Source of the DNA: a virus
Taxonomy: Duplodnaviria; Heunggongvirae; Uroviricota; Caudoviricetes
Strand: one strand, 5' to 3'
DNA: 54,828 bases
Virus record (IMG/VR): IMGVR_UViG_3300020685_000002
Of the stretch, positions 1-9,359 are shown piece by piece; position 1 is the stretch's first letter, and each line of letters opens with the position of its first letter. The position numbers and the translations under genes are program-made. The notes under the pieces were generated by a model. The model did no database searches. It was not told the DNA's origin and was given only the letters and a program-made list of their open reading frames with translations.

Positions 1-78
1 ACTTGCTGAATATCATATCTATCTTTCGTTTTGAATATATAGTCACCTTCAGGCAATGTATCTTCCCAGATCTTTTCA

Positions 79-355
79 GCATTATACCCAAACTCTTTAT
101 TGAGTTCATCATATATATTTCTCTTTGTATAATTGTTCTAATACCGTTGAATCTTACGGTCTACTGATAATGGATTCTTTTTCTTGTCTTGGGTACGTGA
201 CGCATATATTACATAGTCAGCATTATGTGAAGATGCAAGTTTTTTACTACTTTGAATAGGAGTTCATGTCCAGTAGTCGGTGGATTGAATCTGCCAAAGG
301 CAAACACCACACTTTTTGAAGGCAATTCTTTGATTAGCTGTCTGTAATTCTTCAT
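79..355 (-). pseudogene. Disrupted cytidylyltransferase-like (HIGH-motif nucleotidyltransferase) gene
   Basis: Manual translation from ATG 355 gives MKNYRQLIKELPSKSVVFAFGRFNPPTTGHELLFKVVK (FGRFNPPTxGH motif). The frame is lost in an A-run near 240. The shifted frame continues LASSHNADYVIYASRTQDKKKNPLSVDRKIQRY to a TAG at 138-140. The left boundary is uncertain. Confidence 0.65.
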
Positions 356-388
356 TTAATCCATCTATATAATATTGCGGTAATATAT

Positions 389-396
389 TATTTATA
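389..396 (-). promoter_or_regulatory. T4-type late promoter TATAAATA
   Basis: Exact TATAAATA on the minus strand, about 35 nt upstream of ATG 355. Confidence 0.65.
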
Positions 397-412
397 CATC
401 ATAATGACTCAA

Positions 413-1159
413 TTAACTTAATTCTTTAATTGTGAATGCAAACCATACATCTAATTTAGTAGCATTATCTACACGTCTCATACATAAAGTTAACATATTT
501 GGGCTTCCTCCACCATGTAAATCCGCTGGACCTTCATCACCACTGGTGTTTTTACCTATAATAACTCCACTATGCCGCATATATGTTCCATTTGGTACAG
601 TAAAGGTATTACCTTGATTACTAGAGTATATATCTTGATAAACACGATATTGACTATGCACGCCAAATGTAGTCCAAGCTGGAATGGCAGCACCAGAAAT
701 AGTTAGTGGACCTTCATACCACTCATAGATAATTGTACTTTGATTGGCATTATTATTACCAATTTCATATTCAATAATTTCAATTATATCAGCAGCATTT
801 GCACTACCATTTTGAAAGCTAACCACTGGTCGCATAGTATTGTCCATTGTCCAACCACGATTAGTATTGGTAGCATGATTATTGAATGCATATAAATCGC
901 CAGCTGGTTCTTCAGCAATTACTGTAATGACATTAGTGATTGTAGCATTTACATTACCACTAACTGGTATTGGGTTACCTACATCATTAGTAATTTCTAC
1001 CGTTCCTGATACTGGTTGAGTTGCTGGAAAGTTATCAATAGAAATATGTTCTAATGCCGATAAAGTATTAGTATCTAATGCAACTGTTCCTGATACTGGT
1101 ATTGGATTACCAACATCATTCTTAATCTCACCATCATAGGGTTTAAACAAATATGTCAT
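413..1159 (-). CDS. Hypothetical, probably virion structural protein
   Basis: Long ORF with repeated EIxNDVGNPIPVSG motif and beta-rich composition. Start moved to ATG 1159, which forms an ATGA overlap with the upstream stop. Confidence 0.7.
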   Translation of the reverse strand: MTYLFKPYDGEIKNDVGNPIPVSGTVALDTNTLSALEHISIDNFPATQPVSGTVEITNDVGNPIPVSGNVNATITNVITVIAEEPAGDLYAFNNHATNTNRGWTMDNTMRPVVSFQNGSANAADIIEIIEYEIGNNNANQSTIIYEWYEGPLTISGAAIPAWTTFGVHSQYRVYQDIYSSNQGNTFTVPNGTYMRHSGVIIGKNTSGDEGPADLHGGGSPNMLTLCMRRVDNATKLDVWFAFTIKELS

Positions 1160-2118
1160 ACAATTCTCCAACCATTTCTATAAATTAATTGTGTTCCACC
1201 ATTATTGATTTGAATAATGAAACCGCCTGCATCATTATCTACATTGCCAACTACTGTAATAGGATTTGTTTCTGCATTACCAGATTCATCTTTGATGATT
1301 AACATTCTACCTGAACTAGGAGTAAGAGGTAATATAATTGTTACTGGACCAGCATAGTTAACACCAACATAATAATCAGAGTCATTTACTGAATATGTTG
1401 CAGTAGTAACTAATGTCGTTGTGTAAACAATATCATGTGGATTTACTTCAGCAAATTCGAATTTCTTTGATGTATTATTATATCTCATGTAGCGCATATC
1501 GTAAATACTAGAACGATCTACGTCATCTAACCATCTGAGATTTACTTCACCACCACCAGGACCTGCCATAGAAACTTTAGTTAACCAATTCTCCATATAT
1601 TGAAGTTTATCGGTTATAGCTTTCATTTCAGGATTTACTTTTTGTAATTTTGGTTGATTAAATAAATCAACATTTGTTTTGAATAATTTGTCATATGTAG
1701 CAGGATTTAATAATTTATTTTGCTTCGTTGCTTCTATAATCAATAATTCTTCAGTTATTTCAGGAATAGATTCTTCTGAAACTTCTTCTAACATAATTGG
1801 AATAATTTCGTGTTCAAAAATTGATTCAATTTCAGGAATAGATTCTTCTTCAACAATTTCTATTTTTTCTTCTTTTGATTGGAAAATAGATAAAAATTCT
1901 TTTTCGTTTATTTTATCTATTTTCTTTTGTTTCTTTTCTTTTTCTTTTTCAGTTTTAATTTCTAATTCTAAAATAGAAAGAAATGAATCTCCTTTAAGAT
2001 TATCAAAAAGAGAAGAAAATTTTGGTGGATTAAGAATGATCTCTGTTTGTTTAGTAACATTCTCTAATTCTTTTTTCCCTTCAGATACAATTTCTAGAAA
2101 ATCGTTTAAATCGTTCAT
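1156..2118 (-). CDS. Hypothetical protein: acidic N-terminus, GGGEVNLRWLDDV motif, beta-rich C-terminal domain seen in phage structural proteins
   Basis: 320-aa ORF preceded by late-promoter-like ACTAAATA at 2151-2158. Confidence 0.7.
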   Translation of the reverse strand: MNDLNDFLEIVSEGKKELENVTKQTEIILNPPKFSSLFDNLKGDSFLSILELEIKTEKEKEKKQKKIDKINEKEFLSIFQSKEEKIEIVEEESIPEIESIFEHEIIPIMLEEVSEESIPEITEELLIIEATKQNKLLNPATYDKLFKTNVDLFNQPKLQKVNPEMKAITDKLQYMENWLTKVSMAGPGGGEVNLRWLDDVDRSSIYDMRYMRYNNTSKKFEFAEVNPHDIVYTTTLVTTATYSVNDSDYYVGVNYAGPVTIILPLTPSSGRMLIIKDESGNAETNPITVVGNVDNDAGGFIIQINNGGTQLIYRNGWRIV

Positions 2119-2150
2119 TAATATTATACCAATATTCGTGTTTATATTAA

Positions 2151-2184
2151 TATTTAGTCATTGAAAAATTGTATTTACTAAATA
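2151..2184. promoter_or_regulatory. Divergent late-promoter variants (ACTAAATA on both strands)
   Basis: ACTAAATA on minus at 2151-2158 and on plus at 2177-2184, each about 35 nt upstream of a start codon. Confidence 0.5.
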
Positions 2185-2219
2185 GAGGGAAGTACAATGG
2201 TTTTTAATATAGGAGTAAA

Positions 2220-2435
2220 ATGATGGACGATATTGCAGGTAAAGTGTTATATATATTTCATAGACTAAGAGAACCTTCATCTCATGCTGCGATTTGTGGG
2301 TTATTGGCATTAATAGGACAACATATCCCTGATGAAACTTGGAATGCAACTATAAATGGATTAGCTGTATTGTTTGGTATTGTTGGTGTGTTTGTAGCTG
2401 AATCGACACCTAAAACAAAGGTAGATGGATTTTAA
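2220..2435 (+). CDS. Small two-TM membrane protein, holin-like
   Basis: AGGAG RBS; Met-Met start; RLREPSS followed by two hydrophobic segments and a charged tail. Confidence 0.6.
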   Translation: MMDDIAGKVLYIFHRLREPSSHAAICGLLALIGQHIPDETWNATINGLAVLFGIVGVFVAESTPKTKVDGF

Positions 2436-2625
2436 TAAAAATTGGCTTTGTATTATTATGTTTGGACTATTAATTGATAGTTGTACATACAGATTAGCAC
2501 CAGATACAACTGTTAAATGTAAACCAGATGTACATTTAAATAAAGATTTAAACTTATTAAATTCTGATGGTACAGCAAATTTAGATACAGCACATATCAT
2601 GCCAGGATTTAACTGTATATTTTAG
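2425..2625 (+). CDS. Small secreted or lipoprotein-like protein
   Basis: Hydrophobic N-terminus ending LLIDSC (imperfect lipobox); overlaps the end of the holin-like gene. Confidence 0.5.
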   Translation: MDFNKNWLCIIMFGLLIDSCTYRLAPDTTVKCKPDVHLNKDLNLLNSDGTANLDTAHIMPGFNCIF

Positions 2626-2687
2626 AAAATATATATTATGAGTAATTTGGAAGGAAACAAAATCCCAATTCTAGATTGAAAGGGAAA

Positions 2688-2834
2688 ATGGAAAGAGACA
2701 GGACTGTAGACTTTAAAAGGATGTTAAAAGAAAGTAAGAGAAAACAATATTCAAAGAAAAATAAATCACAAAATGGAATTAATATAGATTTTGATCACGA
2801 AATATTATCTTTTATTAGGTCTTTATTTAAATGA
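2688..2834 (+). CDS. Small basic hypothetical protein (48 aa)
   Basis: Manual ORF MERDRTVDFKRMLKES... with AGGGA RBS, ending just before a terminator. Confidence 0.4.
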   Translation: MERDRTVDFKRMLKESKRKQYSKKNKSQNGINIDFDHEILSFIRSLFK

Positions 2835-2835
2835 T

Positions 2836-2867
2836 AGAAGGGGAGCATAAAACTCCCCTCTTTTTTT
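2836..2867 (+). terminator. Rho-independent terminator between convergent genes
   Basis: AGGGGAG-CATAAAA-CTCCCCT followed by a T-run. Confidence 0.8.
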
Positions 2868-3024
2868 ACTTAGAATTTAGATTATTAATTCTACGTTGAA
2901 TTTTATCTTTATCTTTCGGTCTTGAAGATTTATCTCGAAGTTCAGATAATTGTGTTAATGTTAAAGGTTTTAATTTAATTCTATCATTTCTTGTTCTTAA
3001 AGGGTTTCTTTTTCTAATTGCCAT
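2866..3024 (-). CDS. Small basic hypothetical protein (52 aa)
   Basis: MAIRKRNPLRTR...; ATG 3024 follows a GGAG at the end of the upstream gene. Confidence 0.6.
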   Translation of the reverse strand: MAIRKRNPLRTRNDRIKLKPLTLTQLSELRDKSSRPKDKDKIQRRINNLNSK

Positions 3025-3028
3025 ATTA

Positions 3029-3406
3029 TTACTCCGTTGCTTCATTAAAATCATCATCAATGTCAACATGTTCCAATAAATCCTCAAACATATCGTTAAC
3101 AATCTTATATGAATTTTTGGTCTTTTTACATATTATACCAAAAAATCCACATTCTATTAATCCACCAATATAATGCCATGGATTTCCAATTATCGCTTCA
3201 AACATTTCTAACTTAGAAATAGAACCATCCGACATTTCGTTATATGTTATAACATGATACTTCAATCCTAATTCATGTGTTTCAATTGGTTTTTCTTTTT
3301 TCTTATATGTAAATGGAGCTACATCTAATTCATCATTGTCATCTAATGTAAATTCAAATCCATCATGTTCTTCTTCGCTATAAACTTCTTTTAAATACCG
3401 TTTCAA
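3029..3406 (-). CDS. Hypothetical acidic protein
   Basis: 125-aa ORF, GGAG RBS, TTG start. Confidence 0.65.
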   Translation of the reverse strand: MKRYLKEVYSEEEHDGFEFTLDDNDELDVAPFTYKKKEKPIETHELGLKYHVITYNEMSDGSISKLEMFEAIIGNPWHYIGGLIECGFFGIICKKTKNSYKIVNDMFEDLLEHVDIDDDFNEATE

Positions 3407-3445
3407 TATAGAACACTCCTGTGAGTATGTTTTTATTATATTTAT

Positions 3446-4297
3446 TTAAAATTCGTCAATACATTCCAACAACATATTCAATCTGTGTTTGATAAAATAT
3501 TTCATTATTGCATTTTTTGAACCAGTTTGCTCTATATCATATTCTTCAACAATTTTTGATTTGATATCTTGAGGGATCATAGTCAAATCAATTAATAATT
3601 TATTTCTTTGAATATTTCTATAATAATCAATTCCTGGATTACTAAAATCCTCAGTTAATAATTTTTCTTTAATTTTTGCTGTTAATCGTTTTTGTCTAAT
3701 ATTAAGAACAAATACATCATCATTTGAAAGGCAACTAGGAATACCATCACCCTTATCTCCTGTTAAAATCTTTTCTTTTAATTCTAAGTGCGGATCAGCA
3801 GATTTAACAAATACTTTCAACATAGGATTAAATTGTTTTACATTTGGATATTGATGTAATTGTTTAAAATCACCATCAGAACTAATAATAAGAACTGGTT
3901 GATGAACAGATAATCTTGGCACCAATGTTCCAATCACATCATCAGCTTCAGCACGTTCTACTTCTATCAATTTATATGAAAAGGTTTCTTTTAGATCTGA
4001 TTTAACTTCTGTCATAACTTCAAATAACAATTCCCAATCAATATCAGAATTTTCTCTGCTCTTCTTTCTTCCAGATTTGTAATAAGGAAATACTTCTTTC
4101 CTCCAATACTTTCTAGAATCACAAGCAATTACAATTTCGTTGTAATCTCTTTTAAATTTAAAAACAATAGCTCTAATAGAATTTAATATTAGATGACGAC
4201 ATAAGTCCTTATCCATCGTTTTAGTTCTTGTAGAAGCCATTGCAGATTGTATACCACCAATAACAACCTGCGAAAAATCTATAATCATCACACCCAT
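3446..4297 (-). CDS. rnh: T4-type RNase H / 5'-3' exonuclease
   Basis: IDFSQ, YWRK..FPYYKSGRKK, EADDVIG, SSDGDFKQL and GDKGDGIP motifs. Confidence 0.95.
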   Translation of the reverse strand: MGVMIIDFSQVVIGGIQSAMASTRTKTMDKDLCRHLILNSIRAIVFKFKRDYNEIVIACDSRKYWRKEVFPYYKSGRKKSRENSDIDWELLFEVMTEVKSDLKETFSYKLIEVERAEADDVIGTLVPRLSVHQPVLIISSDGDFKQLHQYPNVKQFNPMLKVFVKSADPHLELKEKILTGDKGDGIPSCLSNDDVFVLNIRQKRLTAKIKEKLLTEDFSNPGIDYYRNIQRNKLLIDLTMIPQDIKSKIVEEYDIEQTGSKNAIMKYFIKHRLNMLLECIDEF

Positions 4298-4336
4298 ACT
4301 ATACCTTATTCATCAATTTTATGTTTACTTTATAAT

Positions 4337-4365
4337 ATTATACTATAGATTCATATATTAGTCAA
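4337..4365 (-). promoter_or_regulatory. Sigma70-type promoter for rnh
   Basis: TTGACT-N17-TATAAT. Confidence 0.8.
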
Positions 4366-4371
4366 GCACAT

Positions 4372-4560
4372 TTATCCACACAAATAATTTTGTACAGATT
4401 TGACTTGTAATACTTGATTCTCATTAACATATCCATAAATCATCCTTCCACTCGAAAGTGTGTGAACAATACTTGCATTCTGTAATGTTTCGTTTACCCT
4501 AACATCATTAAATCTCAATTTTAATTCAGTAAGTTCTTGTTGTGTAAATTCAGGTATCAT
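4372..4560 (-). CDS. Small hypothetical protein
   Basis: 62-aa ORF with ATGA overlap on the gp52 stop. Confidence 0.6.
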   Translation of the reverse strand: MIPEFTQQELTELKLRFNDVRVNETLQNASIVHTLSSGRMIYGYVNENQVLQVKSVQNYLCG

Positions 4561-5867
4561 AACGACTCCAATTCTTGTGTATATAAAGTTAAGTTTGTGG
4601 TTTCTAACAATTCAGCCTTTCTTTCGGATAAATTCTTTAATGAAGTTTTTAGTTGATCAATTTTATCTTTTGTCAAATTATATATTTTTAATTCCAACAT
4701 ATTAATGTTAAATGATTCTTTTTTAAAGATTTCAATTAATTCTATTTTATTAGCGTTTCTAAATAAATCTACATTATTTAAATAATAATTTATAAATCTA
4801 ATCTTTTCACTTTCAGAAATAATATCTTGTTCAACAATTTCTAATAATTTAACAATTCTATCTGTATATATTTTTAATCTGAATTCAATAAAATAATCAA
4901 TTATATCTCTAACATCAGTAAACTTACGAATTTTTCCAGTCTCTAACCAACAAGTTAAATTTTCTGTTATTGTTGTTGATAATTTTAATTTATCTAATAA
5001 TGTTTCATCATCTATTGTATTTAGAATGCCTCGCTGAAAATACACATCAATATCAAAACATTCTTCTGTAGAATTATCATCATAATCTTTAATAAATGAA
5101 GCGTCAATCAGCTTATTTAAATGCTTCTTGGCATCGTCTAAATACATTCCTATAGGTAACTCTATGATTTTAATTTGCGTAGCTGAAACACGCTGAAATG
5201 ACCCTTGTATTTGATATTTCGTATCTTCTACATGTTTAACATTTCCTTTAAAATTTCTAAAGTTTGGCAACAATTTAAATTTAGAAGTAGATTTTCCAGA
5301 CAATTTTGCCTTTATATAGTCAGCCAATTCTTTATCATTCCTAGCAAGAATATTTGAAGCGAATCCAGTACCAATACCCTGTGAAGAATTCAATAAAATC
5401 CCAGGAAGAACAGGAACAAAGAATCTAGGTTCAATTCTATCATCATCTTCATACAAATATTCTAAAATAATATCATCTTCTTTTTTAAAGAATGTTCTAA
5501 AATTTTTTGATAACTTTGTAAAAATATACCTTGGTGATGCTGGAACAGGAGATAATCTTGAACCGAATTGACCGATTGGGTCTAACCAATTCAGATTATT
5601 TGATCCAGCAAAATCTTGAGCCATATTTGATATAACATTAGATAATCCTTGTTCGCCATGATGATACTGTGAATAATTTGCAGTCAAAGAACCTAATTGG
5701 GCAACCTTATATTCTGATGTAATATTTTTCTCAACACAAGTATATAAAACTTTTCTTTGAGAAATTTTAAGACCATCTATCAGATTCGGAATAGACCTCT
5801 CATTATCATAATTTGCATAAGGTCTGTATTGTGTATCAAAAAACTTATTAATTGTTAATTCTTTCAT
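4557..5867 (-). CDS. 52: DNA topoisomerase II medium subunit (gp52, GyrA/ParC-like)
   Basis: DGLK..QRK, YHHGE, GQFGSR, catalytic SPRY and GIGTGFAS motifs. Confidence 0.95.
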   Translation of the reverse strand: MKELTINKFFDTQYRPYANYDNERSIPNLIDGLKISQRKVLYTCVEKNITSEYKVAQLGSLTANYSQYHHGEQGLSNVISNMAQDFAGSNNLNWLDPIGQFGSRLSPVPASPRYIFTKLSKNFRTFFKKEDDIILEYLYEDDDRIEPRFFVPVLPGILLNSSQGIGTGFASNILARNDKELADYIKAKLSGKSTSKFKLLPNFRNFKGNVKHVEDTKYQIQGSFQRVSATQIKIIELPIGMYLDDAKKHLNKLIDASFIKDYDDNSTEECFDIDVYFQRGILNTIDDETLLDKLKLSTTITENLTCWLETGKIRKFTDVRDIIDYFIEFRLKIYTDRIVKLLEIVEQDIISESEKIRFINYYLNNVDLFRNANKIELIEIFKKESFNINMLELKIYNLTKDKIDQLKTSLKNLSERKAELLETTNLTLYTQELESL

Positions 5868-7741
5868 ACATTATCACCTATTCCCAACCATTCTTTTCTT
5901 TTATCTGTCATTCCTGAATCTTTTGAAAATTGTAAATTAAATATATCCAAATCAGATAACCCTTCAGTTGTAACAACTTCTAGATTTTGTTCTAAATTTG
6001 AAAGATAATCTTTCCACTCTGAACTAGAACTTGTTCCTAATCCTTTGAAATACTTTGATTCATATTTTTCGCCTTTATGTTCATCTTTCCATGCTTGGAA
6101 ATCATCTACAGAATAAAAACTTAGTGTTTTACCTTTCATTTTAACCTTTACAATTGGTGTATTTAAAATACAAATAACCTTTAAATCAAAAAGTTCTGGC
6201 CAGAATTTATAAAATGCATTTATTAATAATCCTCGAATACCATAACCATCAAGATCTTGATCTGAGCTTATAATAATTCTTCTAAATCGAATATCTTCAA
6301 TAGATTTTACTTTCTCAGCAAAATTTAATCCAGTAATTGTCATAATATTCTTAAATTCTTTATTTTCAAGAATATCTTTTAAATCCATTGGCGTAACATT
6401 AATTGGTTTTCCTCGAAGAGGAAAACAAGCCATAGTTTTTGGATCCCTACCTGATAATAAACCAGAAAGAGCAGAATCACCTTCTGCTAATAATAAAATA
6501 GCTTCATTTCTCTGTTTTGTTGAAGCATCATGAAACTTCTCAACTCTTTTTGGATCAGATTTGTCAAGATTTTTATTAGCCTTTCTAAGATCAGCCATCA
6601 ATTGTGCTTTTTCTTTAGCTGAAATCCAATCCAATATTGATTGAACAATATCAGTTTTTAAAATAGCTTTAATAAATTTATCAGAAACTGTCCAAGCAGT
6701 TTTCCATTCTGATGATGGAGAAATCATATTTTCTTTTGTTTGAGAAGAAAACCTAGGACGATTTAAAGTACCAAAAATAAACACTCTAATATGATTACGA
6801 ATGTCTGACGGTTTCACATCAACTTTATGTTTCTTTTTAAAGTGCTCTCGCAATTTGGCTGTAATTTGATCCATCACATAATTCACATGAGTTCCGCCTT
6901 GATATGTTTCAACAGAATTAATGAATGAAATTTGTTCAAATCCATCAGAATTTGTAATTCCAATATTCCAATTCTCATTAGAATCTGTTAAATATTCATC
7001 AGCATACAAAGCAACATAATCATCAAACGATTTAAATTTAATTAGATCACCATTAAAATAAAATTTAATGTTAAGGTTACATGCTGCTGCATCTATTACC
7101 TTTTTATAGATTTTATCTGTATGATCTTGATCCATTCCAGAAATCTTAAAAAACTCATAATCAGGAGTAAATGTAATTTTAGTTCCATTTTTTGTAAAAT
7201 CTTTTATTTCTGGTTCTGAACGTTCCCTCATCCCATCCCAGAAATTTTGAGTTAATTTCTTTTTACCATCACACGATTCGACTTTAAAATTTGAAGATAA
7301 AACATTTGTTAAGGTACTACCAACACCATTTGTTCCAATTAAAGATTGGTCTTCATCATCATTGAAGTTAGAACCAGCCCTTAAATTAGAGAAAACAGTT
7401 TCAGCTATATAAGTTCCTGTTTGTTCATGAATTTGGACAGGAATCCCTCTACCATTATCAGAAATAGAAATTTCATCAAATGTTATATCAACTTTAATTT
7501 GATTTAATGTTTCCGGAGCTCGTTTTCCTTCATCAATAGCATTATCAAGAATTTCAGAAAAGATTTTAACAAATGCTGGAATATAAGAAACTTCTTTCTT
7601 TTCCATTTTATTAATTTCTTTATTTAAAATCCATTCTATAGAAGATTGTCTAGAGACAGATCCAGCGTACATTCCAGTTCTCGCACGAATATGTGATATT
7701 TCATCAAGAACTTTATATGTTTGTTGTATATGTTTTGTCAT
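5864..7741 (-). CDS. 39: DNA topoisomerase II large subunit (gp39+gp60 in one ORF)
   Basis: GHKL motifs EILDNAIDE, DNGRGIP, GTNGVGS; TOPRIM motifs EGDSA, PLRGK, DQDLDG; YFKGLGT. Confidence 0.95.
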   Translation of the reverse strand: MTKHIQQTYKVLDEISHIRARTGMYAGSVSRQSSIEWILNKEINKMEKKEVSYIPAFVKIFSEILDNAIDEGKRAPETLNQIKVDITFDEISISDNGRGIPVQIHEQTGTYIAETVFSNLRAGSNFNDDEDQSLIGTNGVGSTLTNVLSSNFKVESCDGKKKLTQNFWDGMRERSEPEIKDFTKNGTKITFTPDYEFFKISGMDQDHTDKIYKKVIDAAACNLNIKFYFNGDLIKFKSFDDYVALYADEYLTDSNENWNIGITNSDGFEQISFINSVETYQGGTHVNYVMDQITAKLREHFKKKHKVDVKPSDIRNHIRVFIFGTLNRPRFSSQTKENMISPSSEWKTAWTVSDKFIKAILKTDIVQSILDWISAKEKAQLMADLRKANKNLDKSDPKRVEKFHDASTKQRNEAILLLAEGDSALSGLLSGRDPKTMACFPLRGKPINVTPMDLKDILENKEFKNIMTITGLNFAEKVKSIEDIRFRRIIISSDQDLDGYGIRGLLINAFYKFWPELFDLKVICILNTPIVKVKMKGKTLSFYSVDDFQAWKDEHKGEKYESKYFKGLGTSSSSEWKDYLSNLEQNLEVVTTEGLSDLDIFNLQFSKDSGMTDKRKEWLGIGDNV

Positions 7742-7792
7742 ATTTTCTAGTAAAGAAAAGCAGGATTTTAACCTGCTTAATTTGAATTGAGA

Positions 7793-8068
7793 TTAGAATG
7801 TCACTAAAGTATGATTAGAATAAATTTGTTTTATTGAATCAATTCTAAATGATCTCCAACCAGCATTATCAATATCCCATACTGATAACACATTTGGATT
7901 ATCAACTTTAGATGTTTTTTCTACAGATTCAACAACTTCTTTTTTCGAAACTGGAATAATATGTTCTTGTAAAGTACAATGTAATGTACGTTCAGTCCCA
8001 TCAACTTTCGTAAAAGTAATTTCTGCAGTATCATTCTTTAAGTATTTTTTTATTTGTTCTTTGTCCAT
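7793..8068 (-). CDS. Conserved T4-like small SH3/WYL_2-like protein
   Basis: FTKVDGTER...CTL...VWDID..GWRSFRIDS pattern. Confidence 0.75.
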   Translation of the reverse strand: MDKEQIKKYLKNDTAEITFTKVDGTERTLHCTLQEHIIPVSKKEVVESVEKTSKVDNPNVLSVWDIDNAGWRSFRIDSIKQIYSNHTLVTF

Positions 8069-8099
8069 AATTATATCACCAATTTCATGTTAAAAATTT

Positions 8100-8128
8100 A
8101 TTATAATATAAACCCTAATAAATGTCAA
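8100..8128 (-). promoter_or_regulatory. Consensus sigma70 promoter upstream of the topoisomerase operon
   Basis: TTGACA-N17-TATAAT. Confidence 0.85.
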
Positions 8129-8135
8129 CCACCAT

Positions 8136-8432
8136 TTAAAGAAGGAAAAATGCTAATACAACAAAGATCCCAAAACCAGTAATTAATTGTAGTTTACAAA
8201 ATTCTGCTTTTTGATTCTTTACAGTATCTTCTTTAATTGACCTTTTCAATTCTTCTTCTGTCTCAAAAGAAGTTTCATAAGGAACAGAAGCAAAAGGATT
8301 TTTAATTTCTAAAAGTTCATCAACGACAAGTTGATTGTTTTCGTCACTAAGTTTAGATAAAATTTCTTTTTCAACATTTTCAATATGATTTTTCAATTTT
8401 GATCTATTTTTATTTGAAACTTTTAATGCCAT
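8136..8432 (-). CDS. Hypothetical protein with C-terminal membrane anchor
   Basis: 98 aa, ending LITGFGIFVVLAFFLL. Confidence 0.65.
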   Translation of the reverse strand: MALKVSNKNRSKLKNHIENVEKEILSKLSDENNQLVVDELLEIKNPFASVPYETSFETEEELKRSIKEDTVKNQKAEFCKLQLITGFGIFVVLAFFLL

Positions 8433-8434
8433 AT

Positions 8435-8593
8435 TTATTGTACCTTTGGAACTATTTGTGGATTTTTATCTAAATTCGAAATAACCTTGTCCATCAATTC
8501 TTGATCTACTGGAGAAACAAATGGTTTTGGTTCAACAGCTGGCTCTTTAGGAATTTCTTGATACGCTTTTCTAATACTATCTAAAATAGACAT
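8435..8593 (-). CDS. Small hypothetical protein (52 aa)
   Basis: Start revised to ATG 8593 (MSILDSIRK). Confidence 0.55.
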   Translation of the reverse strand: MSILDSIRKAYQEIPKEPAVEPKPFVSPVDQELMDKVISNLDKNPQIVPKVQ

Positions 8594-8729
8594 CTTTTCT
8601 CTTCTTTTTTTGTTGATTATCATCAGAATCAAAAAATTGATTCTTTTTCGGTTTAGAACTTTTTATTTTATGTTTTGTTGGATGAAAATTGTTGAAATCT
8701 TCAAGTAACAGATCATTATACTTTTTCAT
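8577..8729 (-). CDS. Small basic hypothetical protein (50 aa)
   Basis: Manual ORF MKKYNDLLLEDF...KRKDVYFR fills the gap between its neighbours. Confidence 0.5.
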   Translation of the reverse strand: MKKYNDLLLEDFNNFHPTKHKIKSSKPKKNQFFDSDDNQQKKKRKDVYFR

Positions 8730-8736
8730 GTTGATT

Positions 8737-9165
8737 TTAACCTAACAATCCAGGGAAAATTTCTTTAACTAATTCTTCAGTCAAACCTTCAATTTGTAAA
8801 TCTTTTTGCATCATATTGAACCAAATTTGAGCTTCTTTAGGTTCAAATGATTCAAGTAGTTGAAGTAATAGATTATGTCTTTTCTTTTCTGTTAAAGAAT
8901 CAGCTGTTGGATCACCTTTAAGAAACAGATAAACTTTTCTTATTTCTGATTCAATTCCAGCAATTCTAATTCCAGGAAATGTATCTGGTTTAATATAATC
9001 ATCAGGAAAAGATTCTTCAACATAGAATTGATATTTTGGATCAAATGTATATTTTAGAACTTCTTTGAAGTAAGTAAATTGATTAGAAATTAGAACTTGT
9101 TTCTTTTCTTCAATTGTAGGAGCAGATTCAAATTTAGTTAAAATCTCATAAATATTAGGAGTCAT
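8737..9165 (-). CDS. Conserved T4-like hypothetical protein
   Basis: 142-aa helical ORF with QLLES..PKEA and GLTEELVKEIFP, recalled from T4-like phages. Confidence 0.7.
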   Translation of the reverse strand: MTPNIYEILTKFESAPTIEEKKQVLISNQFTYFKEVLKYTFDPKYQFYVEESFPDDYIKPDTFPGIRIAGIESEIRKVYLFLKGDPTADSLTEKKRHNLLLQLLESFEPKEAQIWFNMMQKDLQIEGLTEELVKEIFPGLLG

Positions 9166-9227
9166 AATTTTCTTTAATGTAGTTAATAAAATTTTGTTGT
9201 ATAGAACTTAATTTAAATTCTACTGTT

Positions 9228-9256
9228 AGTATATATTAATTTTAATTTTTTGTCAA
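9228..9256 (-). promoter_or_regulatory. Sigma70-type promoter
   Basis: TTGACA-N17-TATACT. Confidence 0.8.
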
Positions 9257-9276
9257 TTAAAATTTAAATAAGGTTT

Positions 9277-9359
9277 GAGCGAAGCGAGGATTTACGAAGT
9301 AAATCAAATTAGCAACAAAACTGTTCCTACGCTTCGCTCGGAACCTCTCGCTTCGCTCG
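9277..9359. repeat. Cluster of GAGCGAAGCG direct/inverted repeats and a cGAAg hairpin
   Basis: GAGCGAAGCGAG at 9277-9288 (+); reverse complements at 9330-9339 and 9347-9358; perfect GATTTAC-GAA-GTAAATC at 9289-9305. Confidence 0.85.

Noticed and set aside
138..140. TAG reassignment (alternative genetic code)
   Set aside because: Conserved genes are full length under code 11, and gp32 ends normally at a TAG.
5864..7741. T4 gene 60-type translational bypass
   Set aside because: gp39 and gp60 sequences form one continuous ORF.
9277..9359. Possible mini-CRISPR array
   Set aside because: Repeats are 10-12 nt, in mixed orientation, with no regular spacers.
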